DNA of 64,000 nucleotides. Origin: Candidatus Eiseniibacteriota bacterium. Lineage in GTDB: Bacteria > Eisenbacteria > RBG-16-71-46 > CAIMUX01 > VGJL01. The notes under the pieces are model-generated. The model was given only the letters and a program-made list of their open reading frames with translations. It did not search any database and had not been told where the DNA came from. The stretch covers positions 224,001 to 288,000 of the forward strand of contig CAWBWI010000006.1 in assembly GCA_963792585.1 (NCBI GenBank). The letters are read 5' to 3'. The position numbers and the translations under genes are program-made. Shown piece by piece: positions 9,163 through 19,412 of the stretch (positions are counted from its first letter, which is position 1; every line of letters starts with the position of its first letter).

Positions 9163-9197
9163 AACCTGAGCCGGGCGGGACTCCTCGGCCGGAGGTC

Positions 9198-10337
9198 CTA
9201 GTATCCGAACGCCTGGCACTGCAGCAAGAACTGGTCGCGAGCCGCGGCGCCATCCCGTCGTACCCGCGTCCAGGCCGCCTTGACCGTCGCCCGATGACCG
9301 TTGACCCACCAGGCCATTCCTGTCTGCAGGCTCGTCTCGTCAGCCGCCGCGCGATCGAACTCGAGCCGGGCGAGTTGCGCAAAGGGCATCAAGCGATTCC
9401 CCCAGACCGTTGGGCCGACCTCGAGAAGATATGCCGTCTGGGGCGGCATGCTCGGGAGGAAATCACCTCCGTCGTAACGGGCCACATCGCCCTGCACCAT
9501 CAGGCTGGTTCCAGCGCCAAGGGGCCGATCCATCACCAGGTCCGCCCCATAGCAGCGAAAATCGCTCTGCACGTCCCCGCTCAAGCCGACCAAGAGGGTG
9601 GTCTTCTTGCCCAAACTGGGCCCGGGGTAGAAGAGACCCAGCTCCGTCGGCGAGGGGGACCAGGCGACCCGACCGGCGCAGCGGAACGGGGTGTTGGCTT
9701 TGCCGGCGCGTAGGCCCTGGAAGATGCCTGCCCGGTACTCGATGTGCTTGCCCAGGATCATGCCGCGGGCCAGGGCGCCGGTGTCGCGCGCTACCTTCGC
9801 CTTCAGCAGGGAGGATTCCCCGAATGTATAGGGGCCGTAGTCCGCAGCCAGAAGCGATGTCGCGCTCTGCATGTGGTTGTACGTTCCCGGTGCGAGGATC
9901 AGCCCGGTGTCCAGCAGCAAGGCCGGAGTCACCTTCCACGTGACAACGAAATCCTGCAGGTAGAGGTCCGCGAAGTCCTTCTCCTTCGTTCCTCGCGTGG
10001 CCACCTTGCCGAAGTTCGGCGCGTCGGTCTCCGCAAAGAAGGAAACACGTTCATCCAGATTGCCGCCGAAGAGCAAGCGAAGCCTGCGGAGGTAGAGATT
10101 CTGCGAGGTCCATCCATCGTCGGGATGGGCCGTCTCGTAGTCCTCCGCCCACTCCGCCCGACCTTGCAGCAGGAACCCGAGCTTCAATGTGGACTTGCCG
10201 TCGGGAGACGACACTTGCCACTGGGCGTTGGCCGCGCCGGCCAACCAAAGCGCGAAACCCATGATCAAGAAGAGCCCGGCGGCGACCCTGGCGAGTTGGA
10301 TGCCGTAGGCGTAGGTGATTCCTGATCTGCGGCTCAT
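9198..10337 (-). CDS. Outer membrane porin (OprO/P- or short-chain-amide-porin-like)
   Basis: Signal peptide (ANA-Q), LKLGFLLQGRAEW, LYLRRLRLLFGG beta-strand motifs, terminal aromatic (AFGY); ATG 10337 with GGAGGT SD. Confidence 0.75.
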   Translation of the reverse strand: MSRRSGITYAYGIQLARVAAGLFLIMGFALWLAGAANAQWQVSSPDGKSTLKLGFLLQGRAEWAEDYETAHPDDGWTSQNLYLRRLRLLFGGNLDERVSFFAETDAPNFGKVATRGTKEKDFADLYLQDFVVTWKVTPALLLDTGLILAPGTYNHMQSATSLLAADYGPYTFGESSLLKAKVARDTGALARGMILGKHIEYRAGIFQGLRAGKANTPFRCAGRVAWSPSPTELGLFYPGPSLGKKTTLLVGLSGDVQSDFRCYGADLVMDRPLGAGTSLMVQGDVARYDGGDFLPSMPPQTAYLLEVGPTVWGNRLMPFAQLARLEFDRAAADETSLQTGMAWWVNGHRATVKAAWTRVRRDGAAARDQFLLQCQAFGY

Positions 10338-10444
10338 GGATACCTCCCTGGTGGTCACGGGTCTCCGTTCCTCGGCCGATTCCCGGCGTGTGCACTCGCT
10401 GTCCAACCAAGAGACTCGTTTGCCGTCGTTCGGAGCGCCCGCGG

Positions 10445-13087
10445 TCACCGGCCACCCCGCGCAAGCCAGGCCGCCTCGTCCCCTTCGTCGCGGCCGGTAG
10501 CATCGCTCGCGTCAAGGCGGGTCGGGATTGGGGATACCAACTTCAGATGTCCGCGGCGGTCGTTTGATTGACCGGAAACGCTGCCTCCGGTTCGATTGAA
10601 GCCGGCATTGCTGAGCCGGAATTGGGAGACCAGCGCCCGAAGTTCCTCGGCCTGGCCGGACAGCTCTTCGGAGGCCGAGGCCGACTCCTCCGAGTTCGCG
10701 GCGTTCTGCTGCGTGACCTGATTCACCTGCTCCACTGCAGCGGTGACCTGCTCGATTCCCGTCTGCTGCTCGCCCGAAGACACCGCGACCCCGCTCATGA
10801 CTTCGCCGACCCTATCGGCCTGGCGGACGATATCTTCAAGCTGAGCTAGCACCTGGCGATTGAGCTCCACTCCGCCCTGGGCGTTCTGTACCGATTCCTC
10901 GATCAGGTCGGCGGTGGTCTTGGCAGCTGCGGCGCTGCGCATGGCTAGATTGCGCACCTCCTCGGCGACCACGGCGAACCCCTTGCCGGCGTCTCCTGCC
11001 CTGGCCGCCTCGACCGCCGCGTTCAGAGCGAGCAGGTTGGTTTGGAAGGCGATCTCATCAATGGTCTTGACGATCTTTGCCGTGGAGTCGCTCGAGACCT
11101 TGATCCGTTCCATGGCCTCGCTCATGCGCTGCATGCCTGCCAACCCCTGATTGGCGCTCGTCCGAGCACCGTCAGCGAGGGAGCGCGCTTCCTTGGCGCC
11201 CGCAGAAGCGGAGTGGGTGACCGAGTCCATCTCCTGCAAGGAGCTGCTGATCTCCTCGAGTGAGCCGGCCTGCTCGCTGGATCCTTGAGCCAGCGCCTGA
11301 CTGCCGGTTCCGATCTCCCCAGCCGCGCTGGCGACCTGTTCCACCGCCGCCGCCACCCGTTGGAGCCCCTCGTCCAGATTCTCCACTGCTTGGTTGAGCG
11401 ACTCCTTCAGCTTGTCGTTGTCTCCCTGGTAGGTTCCGGTCATGCGGGAGGAGAGGTCACGTTCGGCTACTCGCTCGAGGACGCGTGAGGCCTCCTGCAC
11501 AGGCAGCACGACCGCGTCGAGGGTCTCGTTGACCCCCTGGATCACGTCTCGGTAGCCGCCCTGGAATCTGGCGGCGTTCCCTCGGGTGGATAGCTGTCCG
11601 GCAACCGCGGCGCGGCTCAACGACTGCATCTCGGCCACCATCCCCCGGATCGCCCCGACCATCTTCTCCATGCTGCGCGCAAGCAGGTCGCGCTCCGAAC
11701 GCGCCTGAACCTCCACCCCCATGTCTCCGGCCGCGACCCGCTCCGAGACTTCGGCCTGGGCACGCAGGTTCGCGCACATGGCGGCCATGCCACGCGCCAG
11801 GTCTCCCATTTCGCCCCGCCGGGACGTGTTCACCGTCACTTCGACGTCGCCCTCGGCCAGGAGGGCGGCCGCCGTTTTGAGTTCCTCGATCGGCAGTGTC
11901 ACGCTCGACCGGATGACCCGATAGACGATGAGGAGAACGAGCAGCACCACGGTCGCCCCGCTGAGCATGCAGATCCAGAAGAGGCGCCGCAGAGCGGAGT
12001 CCGCCTTTCTCTGGGCGGCAAGGAACTCATCCTCATAGGCCCCGGCCCCGATGACCCAATCCCATGGCTCGAAGTAGGTCACGGCCGCAATCTTCATACG
12101 AGGGCGCGCCTCTCCCTGGTTCTGCCACGGATAGCGCGTGAACGTCACCTCGCGACCATGGACGCCCAGACCCGCTTGCACGATCGTCTGGATGAAAGGA
12201 TTCCCGTCGGCGTCCTTGGAGTCCCACAGATCCTCGCCGTCCCGCTTACCGTCCTTAGAGACGATGTAGTGTCCCCGGTGCTCGCCCTTGCCTCCCAGGA
12301 CATAGACATAGCCGGTCTGTCCAACGGATCGGGCCAGGATGGCCTGGCGCAGGCTCTTCACATTCTCCTGGTCGATGCCAACGTAGAGCATTCCCTGGAC
12401 ACGCCCTTCGGAGTCGCGCAGAGGCTCATAGCGGGCGAGGCACCATCGGTCCACCACGAACGCGCGCCCGCCATAGACCTCGCCGCGAAGCACAGCGGAC
12501 ACGACGGGATTGGGCTGGCCGTCCGGGTTGCGCGCGGGGATATAGGTCCCGATGGCGCGACGGCCGTCCTTTCCCAGCACGGTGGTGGCGACGCGCAGCA
12601 TGTCCCCGTCCGGGTTCATGCGCTGGAAGATCGTGCAACTGCCGCCGACTTGAGATGCCACTTCGTCGACCACCGGCGTGGACTGACCCGACGCCCTGTT
12701 CTGTCCCAGCCAGGTTGTTCCCACCGCCGCGCGCGAAAGCTCGGTCGTGGACGAGGCCTGGGTGATCTGATTGACGGCGGTCCACCCAATCGTCTCGTTC
12801 TGAAGGCGCAGGCCTCCGTGCCGTCGCAAGGCCTCTCGGGCCACCCGGAGGTTGCCTTCCAACGATTGCTGTATGGACTCGTGTTGCGTCAGACAAAGCG
12901 CGTAGATGTCCTCGGCGACGCTGCCGAGGTTGGCCCGCACCTGCTGATCCAGCTCGGCGTTGATCTCCCGCCCGAGTTTCTGTTTCTCCATGGCGAGGGC
13001 AACGAGTAGCGCGGCGACAGGGACAAGCGCTGCGGCCAGGGCCAGCAACGTCAAACGACCTCGCACCGTCTCGGTAATCCATCTCAC
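10445..13087 (-). CDS. Methyl-accepting chemotaxis protein with Cache_3-Cache_2-type sensor and HAMP domains
   Basis: [37 protein letters not shown] hairpin; [19 protein letters not shown] Cache motif; two TMs. Confidence 0.95.
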   Translation of the reverse strand: MRWITETVRGRLTLLALAAALVPVAALLVALAMEKQKLGREINAELDQQVRANLGSVAEDIYALCLTQHESIQQSLEGNLRVAREALRRHGGLRLQNETIGWTAVNQITQASSTTELSRAAVGTTWLGQNRASGQSTPVVDEVASQVGGSCTIFQRMNPDGDMLRVATTVLGKDGRRAIGTYIPARNPDGQPNPVVSAVLRGEVYGGRAFVVDRWCLARYEPLRDSEGRVQGMLYVGIDQENVKSLRQAILARSVGQTGYVYVLGGKGEHRGHYIVSKDGKRDGEDLWDSKDADGNPFIQTIVQAGLGVHGREVTFTRYPWQNQGEARPRMKIAAVTYFEPWDWVIGAGAYEDEFLAAQRKADSALRRLFWICMLSGATVVLLVLLIVYRVIRSSVTLPIEELKTAAALLAEGDVEVTVNTSRRGEMGDLARGMAAMCANLRAQAEVSERVAAGDMGVEVQARSERDLLARSMEKMVGAIRGMVAEMQSLSRAAVAGQLSTRGNAARFQGGYRDVIQGVNETLDAVVLPVQEASRVLERVAERDLSSRMTGTYQGDNDKLKESLNQAVENLDEGLQRVAAAVEQVASAAGEIGTGSQALAQGSSEQAGSLEEISSSLQEMDSVTHSASAGAKEARSLADGARTSANQGLAGMQRMSEAMERIKVSSDSTAKIVKTIDEIAFQTNLLALNAAVEAARAGDAGKGFAVVAEEVRNLAMRSAAAAKTTADLIEESVQNAQGGVELNRQVLAQLEDIVRQADRVGEVMSGVAVSSGEQQTGIEQVTAAVEQVNQVTQQNAANSEESASASEELSGQAEELRALVSQFRLSNAGFNRTGGSVSGQSNDRRGHLKLVSPIPTRLDASDATGRDEGDEAAWLARGGR

Positions 13088-13321
13088 GGACGTCTCCCAT
13101 TCTGTCGCGGTGGTGTCCCGCGAATTGCTTGGAGCGGACCCTGGAAACTCGCTTGAGCACAGGAGACGAGGGGTCGGTAGGAGATGGTGGATTCGACGGC
13201 AGCCCCCCCTTATGGCATGCTCGCCATCTTCGAAATGACTCGGATCCGTCGCGACCGACCTTGAGGTATGGATGGATCAGCCCGATGGAATTCACATCGC
13301 AATCGATCGCATCGCCCATGT

Positions 13322-13383
13322 GCGAACCGACCCGCCGCGAACCGACGCGCCGCGAACCGATCCGGCCGCAAATCAGCGCAGCC
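13322..13383. repeat. Three to four tandem 15-16 bp repeats (gcgaaccga..gcc) upstream of the MCP
   Basis: Copies at 13322, 13337, 13352 and a degenerate one at 13368. Confidence 0.6.
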
Positions 13384-13544
13384 GTTCGTTAACGCGTCGT
13401 GAGCCGGCGCTCCTTGTCGAATCGAGCCGCTGTTCGGCACTCGCACGTCTTGAACCCCGATGGGCGGTTGCATGAGCACGATTCCCCTGTTGGAGACGGG
13501 CGGGACCGACGATCTTCCGGCCCACGGACGACGGACCGGATCAC

Positions 13545-14423
13545 CTAGGCCGAACGAACGCGCCTGCGGACCCAGTCGCGGATCCTTCCGAACAGCCCCG
13601 CCGACGCGATCCGACCCCTGCTGACGTCGGCCACCGCGATCGCGGGCGGCACGTGCGGCTGACCATATCGTTCCCGCAGGTGATGCAGATGGTCCATCAT
13701 GAAGAGGTAGAGGTCGGTCTCCGTGCGGCCGGGAAACGTGCTCAGGATCCCGCTCGAGCGGATCGTGTCGATCATCGGGCGATAGACCGTATCTCGCCAG
13801 GAAGCGACGCCTTCCGCCCAGCCGATCGCGCGCCCGGTCTCGATCCCGCGGTAGTAGCGATGAACGTTGATGTGATCGATCAAGCGCTCGTAGCCGCCCG
13901 GTACGCTTACGCGGTAGGCGCCGGGCGCGTCGGGCACGAGACCGGTCGCTTCGAGGAAGTCGGCGTCCAGCCCTTTGAGGAGGACATCTTCGAGGGAGTC
14001 GCCGGGCTGCAGGGTCACAGGCGTCAGGTACTCGATCACCCGCGCCTCGACCGTCCGGGCCCCGAGGGAGCGCGCGACGGAGACGCGGTGGTGGCCGTCG
14101 ACCACGAAGTAGACCTCGCCGACCTCGTAGAGCTCGATCGTGCCGAAGCCTTTGGGTCCCTCCGCGAGCGCCAGGACATCTTCCCAGCGGTCGCGAAGCG
14201 ATTCATCCTGGGGTAGGAAGAAGCGACTGAACTCGTCGGCCCGCTCGACCGAACCGACGATCCGATCACATGGCACATCCCGGATGCCCCGATCGACGGA
14301 ACGCTTGAGCCGCAGCCCCTCGCGGACCGTCTCGAACGGGAGCAGACCGGAGGGGCGTTTGCGGAGGAACGCGAGGACCTCCTCCACGAATGCCCTGCGG
14401 CGCGCCGCGTCGAACTCGCTCAT
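13545..14423 (-). CDS. ParB/Srx-like domain protein (DUF4032-like C-terminus)
   Basis: IVGSVER, YFVVDGHHRVSVAR, FPGRTETDLYL motifs; ATG 14423 with GAGAGGG SD. Confidence 0.75.
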   Translation of the reverse strand: MSEFDAARRRAFVEEVLAFLRKRPSGLLPFETVREGLRLKRSVDRGIRDVPCDRIVGSVERADEFSRFFLPQDESLRDRWEDVLALAEGPKGFGTIELYEVGEVYFVVDGHHRVSVARSLGARTVEARVIEYLTPVTLQPGDSLEDVLLKGLDADFLEATGLVPDAPGAYRVSVPGGYERLIDHINVHRYYRGIETGRAIGWAEGVASWRDTVYRPMIDTIRSSGILSTFPGRTETDLYLFMMDHLHHLRERYGQPHVPPAIAVADVSRGRIASAGLFGRIRDWVRRRVRSA

Positions 14424-14490
14424 CGGCGACCCTCTCTGCAGGCAGCTTCTTTGCCTTGCCGTCGCACTCGGCGCCGCTACAATAACGCCC

Positions 14491-16167
14491 ATGAAAACGA
14501 ATTGGAACCTCCAGGCCCGGCGACTCTCGACCCTCCTTCTCGTCACCTCCGCCCTGTCGCTCTCGTGCGGCTCGGGACGGAAGACGCAGCCGCCCCCCGC
14601 GGCGGTTCCGGCCTCGCCCGTCTACCAATGGAACAACGACTGGTCCCGCGGAAGCGTCTTCTACGAGATCTTCGTGAGGAGTTTCTACGATTCCAACGGG
14701 GACGGGATCGGCGACCTGCCGGGCTTGATCCAGAAGCTCGACTACCTGAACGACGGTGATCCGTCCACGACGGGCGACCTCGGAATCGAGGGGATCTGGC
14801 TCATGCCGATCTTCAAGTCGCCGAGCTACCACGGCTACGACACGACCGACTATACCGAGGTCAATCCCGACTACGGGACCAACGAGGATTTGGCTCGACT
14901 GCTCGACGAGGCACACCGGCGGGGCATCCATGTGATCGTCGATCTCGTGATGAACCACGTGAGCGCTCAACACCCATGGTTCGTCGCCGCGCAATCCCCA
15001 TCCTCCGCCAAACGGAACTGGTTCGTCTGGCGGCGGGACGATCCGGGCTGGACGCAACCTTGGGGCGGTGCGAACCCGACCTGGCACGAGGCGGGCGGAT
15101 CGTACTACTACGGAGTCTTCTGGGGCGGCATGCCCGATCTGAACTTCCGCAATCCGGAGGTGTGCAGGCAGATCGAGGAGTACGCGAAGCTCTGGCTCGG
15201 CAGGGGCGTCGACGGCTTCCGTCTGGATGCGACCCGCCACCTGATCGAGGACGGCCCGGGACAACAACAGGTCGATACCCCCGAGACCCACGCATTCCTG
15301 AAGGAGTTCTCAGCAGCCGTGCGCGCGGCGAAACCGCAGGCCACACTCGTCGGCGAGAATTGGACCGATACGGAGACGATCGCGACCTACTTCGGGTCGA
15401 TCGCACCGATCCGGGAAGGCGACGAGCTGCCGATGAACTTCAACTTTCCCCTCGCGGGGGCGATCCTCGACGGGGTCGGCTCGGGCAGCGCCGAAGGAAT
15501 CGCCGCGAAGATCGTCGAAATCCTCGCGACCTACCCCATAGGTGTCAACGACGCGCCGTTCCTGACCAATCACGACATGGTCCGCGTGGCGAACCAGCTC
15601 CGGCAGGATCCCGCGAAGCTGCGTATGGCCGCATCGGTCCTGCTCACGCTGCCCGGCTCGCCGTTTCTCTACTATGGTGAGGAGATCGGCTTGCGCAACG
15701 GCACGACCGACAATGACGAGGCCAAACGAACGCCGATGCCGTGGGATGGATCCTCGGGGGGGGGCTTCACGACCTCGACGCCGTGGTTCCCCTTCGCGCC
15801 CGGACACGATGCCGTCAACGTCGCCTCGCAGAAGGACGACCCCGCCTCGCTCCTCTCCCACTATCGGAGTCTGATCCAGCTGCGCGCATCCCGACCCGAA
15901 CTCCGCCGGGGATCGATCGTGATCTTGAGTCCTCCGGAGCAAGGGCCGTCGATCCTCGCCTTCATCCGGGACGCAGACGGAAAGCAGATCCTCGTCGTTC
16001 ACAATCTGGGCGGGACGGAGGCGACTGCGGGCCCCTTCCAGCTACCCGGGTTCTACCTCAAGCGGATCTTCCAGGACGGCCAGACCGGCGACATTGCGGT
16101 CGACGGCGCGAAGAACTGGCGGATCCCGATGCCTCCGCACACGACGGGCGTCTGGAGGATCGGCTAG
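14491..16167 (+). CDS. GH13 alpha-amylase family lipoprotein
   Basis: FYEIFVRSFYDSNGDGIGDL, DLVMNH, GVDGFRLDA, VGENW, FLTNHD conserved regions; LSLSC lipobox. Confidence 0.93.
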   Translation: MKTNWNLQARRLSTLLLVTSALSLSCGSGRKTQPPPAAVPASPVYQWNNDWSRGSVFYEIFVRSFYDSNGDGIGDLPGLIQKLDYLNDGDPSTTGDLGIEGIWLMPIFKSPSYHGYDTTDYTEVNPDYGTNEDLARLLDEAHRRGIHVIVDLVMNHVSAQHPWFVAAQSPSSAKRNWFVWRRDDPGWTQPWGGANPTWHEAGGSYYYGVFWGGMPDLNFRNPEVCRQIEEYAKLWLGRGVDGFRLDATRHLIEDGPGQQQVDTPETHAFLKEFSAAVRAAKPQATLVGENWTDTETIATYFGSIAPIREGDELPMNFNFPLAGAILDGVGSGSAEGIAAKIVEILATYPIGVNDAPFLTNHDMVRVANQLRQDPAKLRMAASVLLTLPGSPFLYYGEEIGLRNGTTDNDEAKRTPMPWDGSSGGGFTTSTPWFPFAPGHDAVNVASQKDDPASLLSHYRSLIQLRASRPELRRGSIVILSPPEQGPSILAFIRDADGKQILVVHNLGGTEATAGPFQLPGFYLKRIFQDGQTGDIAVDGAKNWRIPMPPHTTGVWRIG

Positions 16168-16185
16168 AACGCGGCGCCCCGCACT

Positions 16186-17148
16186 CTACCGGCGCGTGGA
16201 GGCGCCGGAGGGCACGACGCCCGGCAACGACACGGGCCGGCGCGTACGAAGGTCGTAGTCCTTCAGGACCGATTCCTGGGCGAGCCCCTCCGGTAGGATG
16301 AGGTCGATGAGCGGCGGCTGAAGGTCGTCCCCTTCCCGTCCCCCACCGAGTGCCGTGCGCGAAGGAGAAGGGGCGATCGGAACCACCATCAGCCCCGCGT
16401 CGGGCCGTGCTCCGAGCCCCAGCATCGCGCCCACGTCGTGACGCGAGAAGGGATCCGCCGCCGTCACGATGATGACGTAGGCCCAGTCGTCCCGAATGGG
16501 AGTGGCAAGGAACGTCCCGGGGACGAAGAACGAGATGCGGCGTCCGCTCACGCGGACCCGCGTCGGGAAGAAAGCGACGGCGTCCAGCCCGGCATCGACC
16601 GCGTTCTCGAGCGAGTCGAGGTCGGCCTTCTCCAGGTGCGGTCTTGCCTTTTCCAGATCAACGGTTGCGAGCGCGAGGCGACGCTTGGCGAGTTCTCTGC
16701 GCGCCTCCGAGGGGCGCGCCGAAACCAGGATCATCTTCTCCCACGCGCAGGTCGAGTCGACCAAGGCGCGCCTTCCGGGCAGCGTCATCGTCTCCCCGGA
16801 ACCGGGAACCCGATCGGTGTCGACATAGATGTCGATATTGAAGGTGTAGAAGCCGAGGCGGGCGAACGACTCCATGGGACTCCCGCCCGGATCGACCATG
16901 CGCCCGTTGGGCGAGGCGATCGGATTCGCGAAGGTCGCTTCGAAGAGCGTCCCGTCCCCCTCCAAGCGCGCGGAGAATTCCACGAGATCGAGGTCCCCCG
17001 ACTCCAGATCATCCCTCAAGGGATATACGAGTGAGCCGTCCCCGTGATCATCGCCGCGGGCATCCTGCAACGTGAAGATCGGAGCGCCGGCCGCGCCGGC
17101 GATGGAGGGGCTCAGAAACAGGAGGAGCATCAAGATCCGCGCTTGCAT
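16186..17148 (-). CDS. Secreted glucodextranase DOMON-like domain protein
   Basis: DARGDDHGDGSLVYP..DLVEF..IDIYVDTD motif; signal peptide. Confidence 0.8.
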   Translation of the reverse strand: MQARILMLLLFLSPSIAGAAGAPIFTLQDARGDDHGDGSLVYPLRDDLESGDLDLVEFSARLEGDGTLFEATFANPIASPNGRMVDPGGSPMESFARLGFYTFNIDIYVDTDRVPGSGETMTLPGRRALVDSTCAWEKMILVSARPSEARRELAKRRLALATVDLEKARPHLEKADLDSLENAVDAGLDAVAFFPTRVRVSGRRISFFVPGTFLATPIRDDWAYVIIVTAADPFSRHDVGAMLGLGARPDAGLMVVPIAPSPSRTALGGGREGDDLQPPLIDLILPEGLAQESVLKDYDLRTRRPVSLPGVVPSGASTRR

Positions 17149-17167
17149 CGATGAAACCTCGGGAAGA

Positions 17168-17197
17168 AAGGCCCGGCGTCCGAAGACGCCGGGCCTT
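17168..17197 (-). terminator. Intrinsic terminator after the 721-aa OM protein gene
   Basis: 13-bp stem, cUUCGg loop on the minus strand, followed by UUUCUU. Confidence 0.8.
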
Positions 17198-17217
17198 CCC
17201 GTTCGGAAGACTCCGGA

Positions 17218-19383
17218 CTAGAACTGGACCTTCAAGAACGCCTTGATCCGCTGCTGCTCGAAGGTGCGCTTCTCGAGGCTGTTCCAGTTGCCGTACGCCC
17301 CGCGGAAGCCCCTCGAACCGACCCTGACATGCACGTTGTTCGCATCATCTTGCGTCGCCTTCTGGACGACGAACCCGTCGCCGAAGTCGGGCTCGTAGGT
17401 GCCGAAGTTGATCTGGTACTCGAAACCCAGCTCCGTGCCCGAGAGGGCGTAGCGGAACTTCGCGTCGAGCTGGTTCTTGTTGTGCTTGCCGCCGGCCATC
17501 TCATGGAGACGGTAGGCCTGGAAGGCCGTGTTTCCGTCGGTCAGATCGATCGTGTAGTGGGAGAACGCCAGCGTCCCGTAGAGGTCCTCGGTCAACTGGT
17601 AGCCGCCGCCCACATTGATCAACGTGTACTTCAGATCCCGATCGTCGTCGTCGACGGAGGTGAACGGCTTCCACTGCTTGCCGGTCACGCCGTCAACCGT
17701 GACATCGCCCGGGAACCCGGCATAGATGACGCCGCTGGTCGTGTTCGTTCCACCATAGTAGTAGTTCGTGTTTCCACTCGCGTCGTACGGAAGGTACTTC
17801 GGATCGGTCATTCGATCGTCGGTCTCCTTGATGTGTTTCACCTTCCCAAAGACCTCGAGCCCCTTGCCGACGTTCAGGGTGTACTTCCCCTTCACCAACC
17901 CGATGTTGGTCGTCTTGTCCTGGAAGGGTGCGTAGGCGCTGCGGAAGTTGTGGCCCACACCCGTGTCCAGTTCGGCAGTCGGGTACCAGGTCGCTCCAAG
18001 CGAACGGGTGTCATCCCCGTAGGCCTGCCAGTTCGTGTTGTAGGTCAAGTAGGTGTACTCGGCCGCGAGGTCCAGGTTGCCCTTGCCATAGAGGGGAGCG
18101 ATCGTGACGCCCTTCCAGCCGATCACGGTCTCCGCCATCGGCTCGTCGAAATCCGAGAATTCGTTGTCGACGTTTATCGTCGCGACCTGCTGGGCGTTTC
18201 CGTTCCATCCGCCGTAGCCGATCCGCGTCGGGTTGCCCCCGAAGACGCCGTAGGCCGCGTTCGACGGACCGGGGAACGCCCAGGATCCGTCATGACCTTC
18301 CGTCAGCAGCACGTCCGCCTCGCGCCGGGCAGCCATCATGGAGACATAGTCGGATCCGATGTCGAATCCCTCCACGTTGAACGAGAGGCCGACGCCAAAT
18401 GGGTCGTTCACGTCGACGTTCAGCTTGCAGGCGGCGTCCTCCCTCTTCCCGCCGGGGACCGACGAGTAGCCGTTCAGCCCGAACGTGTAATAGCTCTCCG
18501 CGTAGGTCTTCGAGACCTCGGAGAAGGAGTAGTACCAGGCCGCCTTGATGTCGAACATCGTGGACGGATGGACGCCCGCCTTCAATCCGTATACGTCGTT
18601 GCGGAAGCGGTTGTCCACGCGCCGCCCGTTGTCCCAGTTACCGTCCTTCGGATCGATCTCGATGTCGTTGACGACCTCGGCGGCCGCGCCGACGTCGACC
18701 TTGTCATTGACCGTGTACTTCGTCTGGAGACCGTAGGCCGCATCGCTGCTGGCGTAATTGCCGGTCTTGTACCCCGGCCCCGCCCAAAGGCGCGGCAGGG
18801 AAATGCGGGCCGCATCCCACTTGAAGTTCTTCTGCACGGCGGATCCCTGGAACAGGAGCCCCGAGCCGTTGTCGCGGTCGATGTAGCGGATCTTGCCGAT
18901 CGTGAACGGGTCGAACATCCCCCAATCGCTCGCGCCGATCGTCGCCGCGTCGAGCCAGTCGTACCCGGGGGTCAGGATGACCGTCATTCCGCGGAGCTTC
19001 ACATACTGATTCGAACGCGGATCGAATTCACCGCGGTTGCCGCCGGTGCCGTCCGCCGCGGCGTCGCCGCCGAATCCACCGAAGTTCGTCCACTCGTTCT
19101 GGCTGAAGCGGCTGTGGATGCGCGCCTTGACCTCGACCTTGTTCGAAAGCTTCGCGTGCGGCATGATCTCGATCTCCGAGCCCTGCCCGTTGTCGCCGTA
19201 GCCCTCGCCCGGCACCGTCGTGAAATTGTAGAGGCTCCCGTCATTCTGCGCGTTGCCCCAGAGCCACTTCGTATAGACGGTCCCGCTGAAGGTCAGTTTC
19301 GATTCCTGGGCCTGCGCGACCGCTGCGACCAGCACCAGCGCGCACGCCATCAGGAGAACGATCGTTTTGTTCCTCGAACTCAT
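17218..19383 (-). CDS. Putative outer-membrane beta-barrel protein (candidate maltodextrin porin)
   Basis: Signal peptide (AQA-Q), Gly/Asp/Asn/aromatic-rich alternating strands, C-terminal KAFLKVQF beta-signal; inside the mal operon. Confidence 0.7.
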   Translation of the reverse strand: MSSRNKTIVLLMACALVLVAAVAQAQESKLTFSGTVYTKWLWGNAQNDGSLYNFTTVPGEGYGDNGQGSEIEIMPHAKLSNKVEVKARIHSRFSQNEWTNFGGFGGDAAADGTGGNRGEFDPRSNQYVKLRGMTVILTPGYDWLDAATIGASDWGMFDPFTIGKIRYIDRDNGSGLLFQGSAVQKNFKWDAARISLPRLWAGPGYKTGNYASSDAAYGLQTKYTVNDKVDVGAAAEVVNDIEIDPKDGNWDNGRRVDNRFRNDVYGLKAGVHPSTMFDIKAAWYYSFSEVSKTYAESYYTFGLNGYSSVPGGKREDAACKLNVDVNDPFGVGLSFNVEGFDIGSDYVSMMAARREADVLLTEGHDGSWAFPGPSNAAYGVFGGNPTRIGYGGWNGNAQQVATINVDNEFSDFDEPMAETVIGWKGVTIAPLYGKGNLDLAAEYTYLTYNTNWQAYGDDTRSLGATWYPTAELDTGVGHNFRSAYAPFQDKTTNIGLVKGKYTLNVGKGLEVFGKVKHIKETDDRMTDPKYLPYDASGNTNYYYGGTNTTSGVIYAGFPGDVTVDGVTGKQWKPFTSVDDDDRDLKYTLINVGGGYQLTEDLYGTLAFSHYTIDLTDGNTAFQAYRLHEMAGGKHNKNQLDAKFRYALSGTELGFEYQINFGTYEPDFGDGFVVQKATQDDANNVHVRVGSRGFRGAYGNWNSLEKRTFEQQRIKAFLKVQF

Positions 19384-19412
19384 CAGTAACCCCTCCCTGA
19401 ATAGACGCGTTC

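Noticed and set aside
13090..13540. c-di-GMP riboswitch or sigma28/sigma54 promoter upstream of the MCP
   Set aside because: No GEMM core motifs seen, and candidate promoter spacings did not fit consensus.
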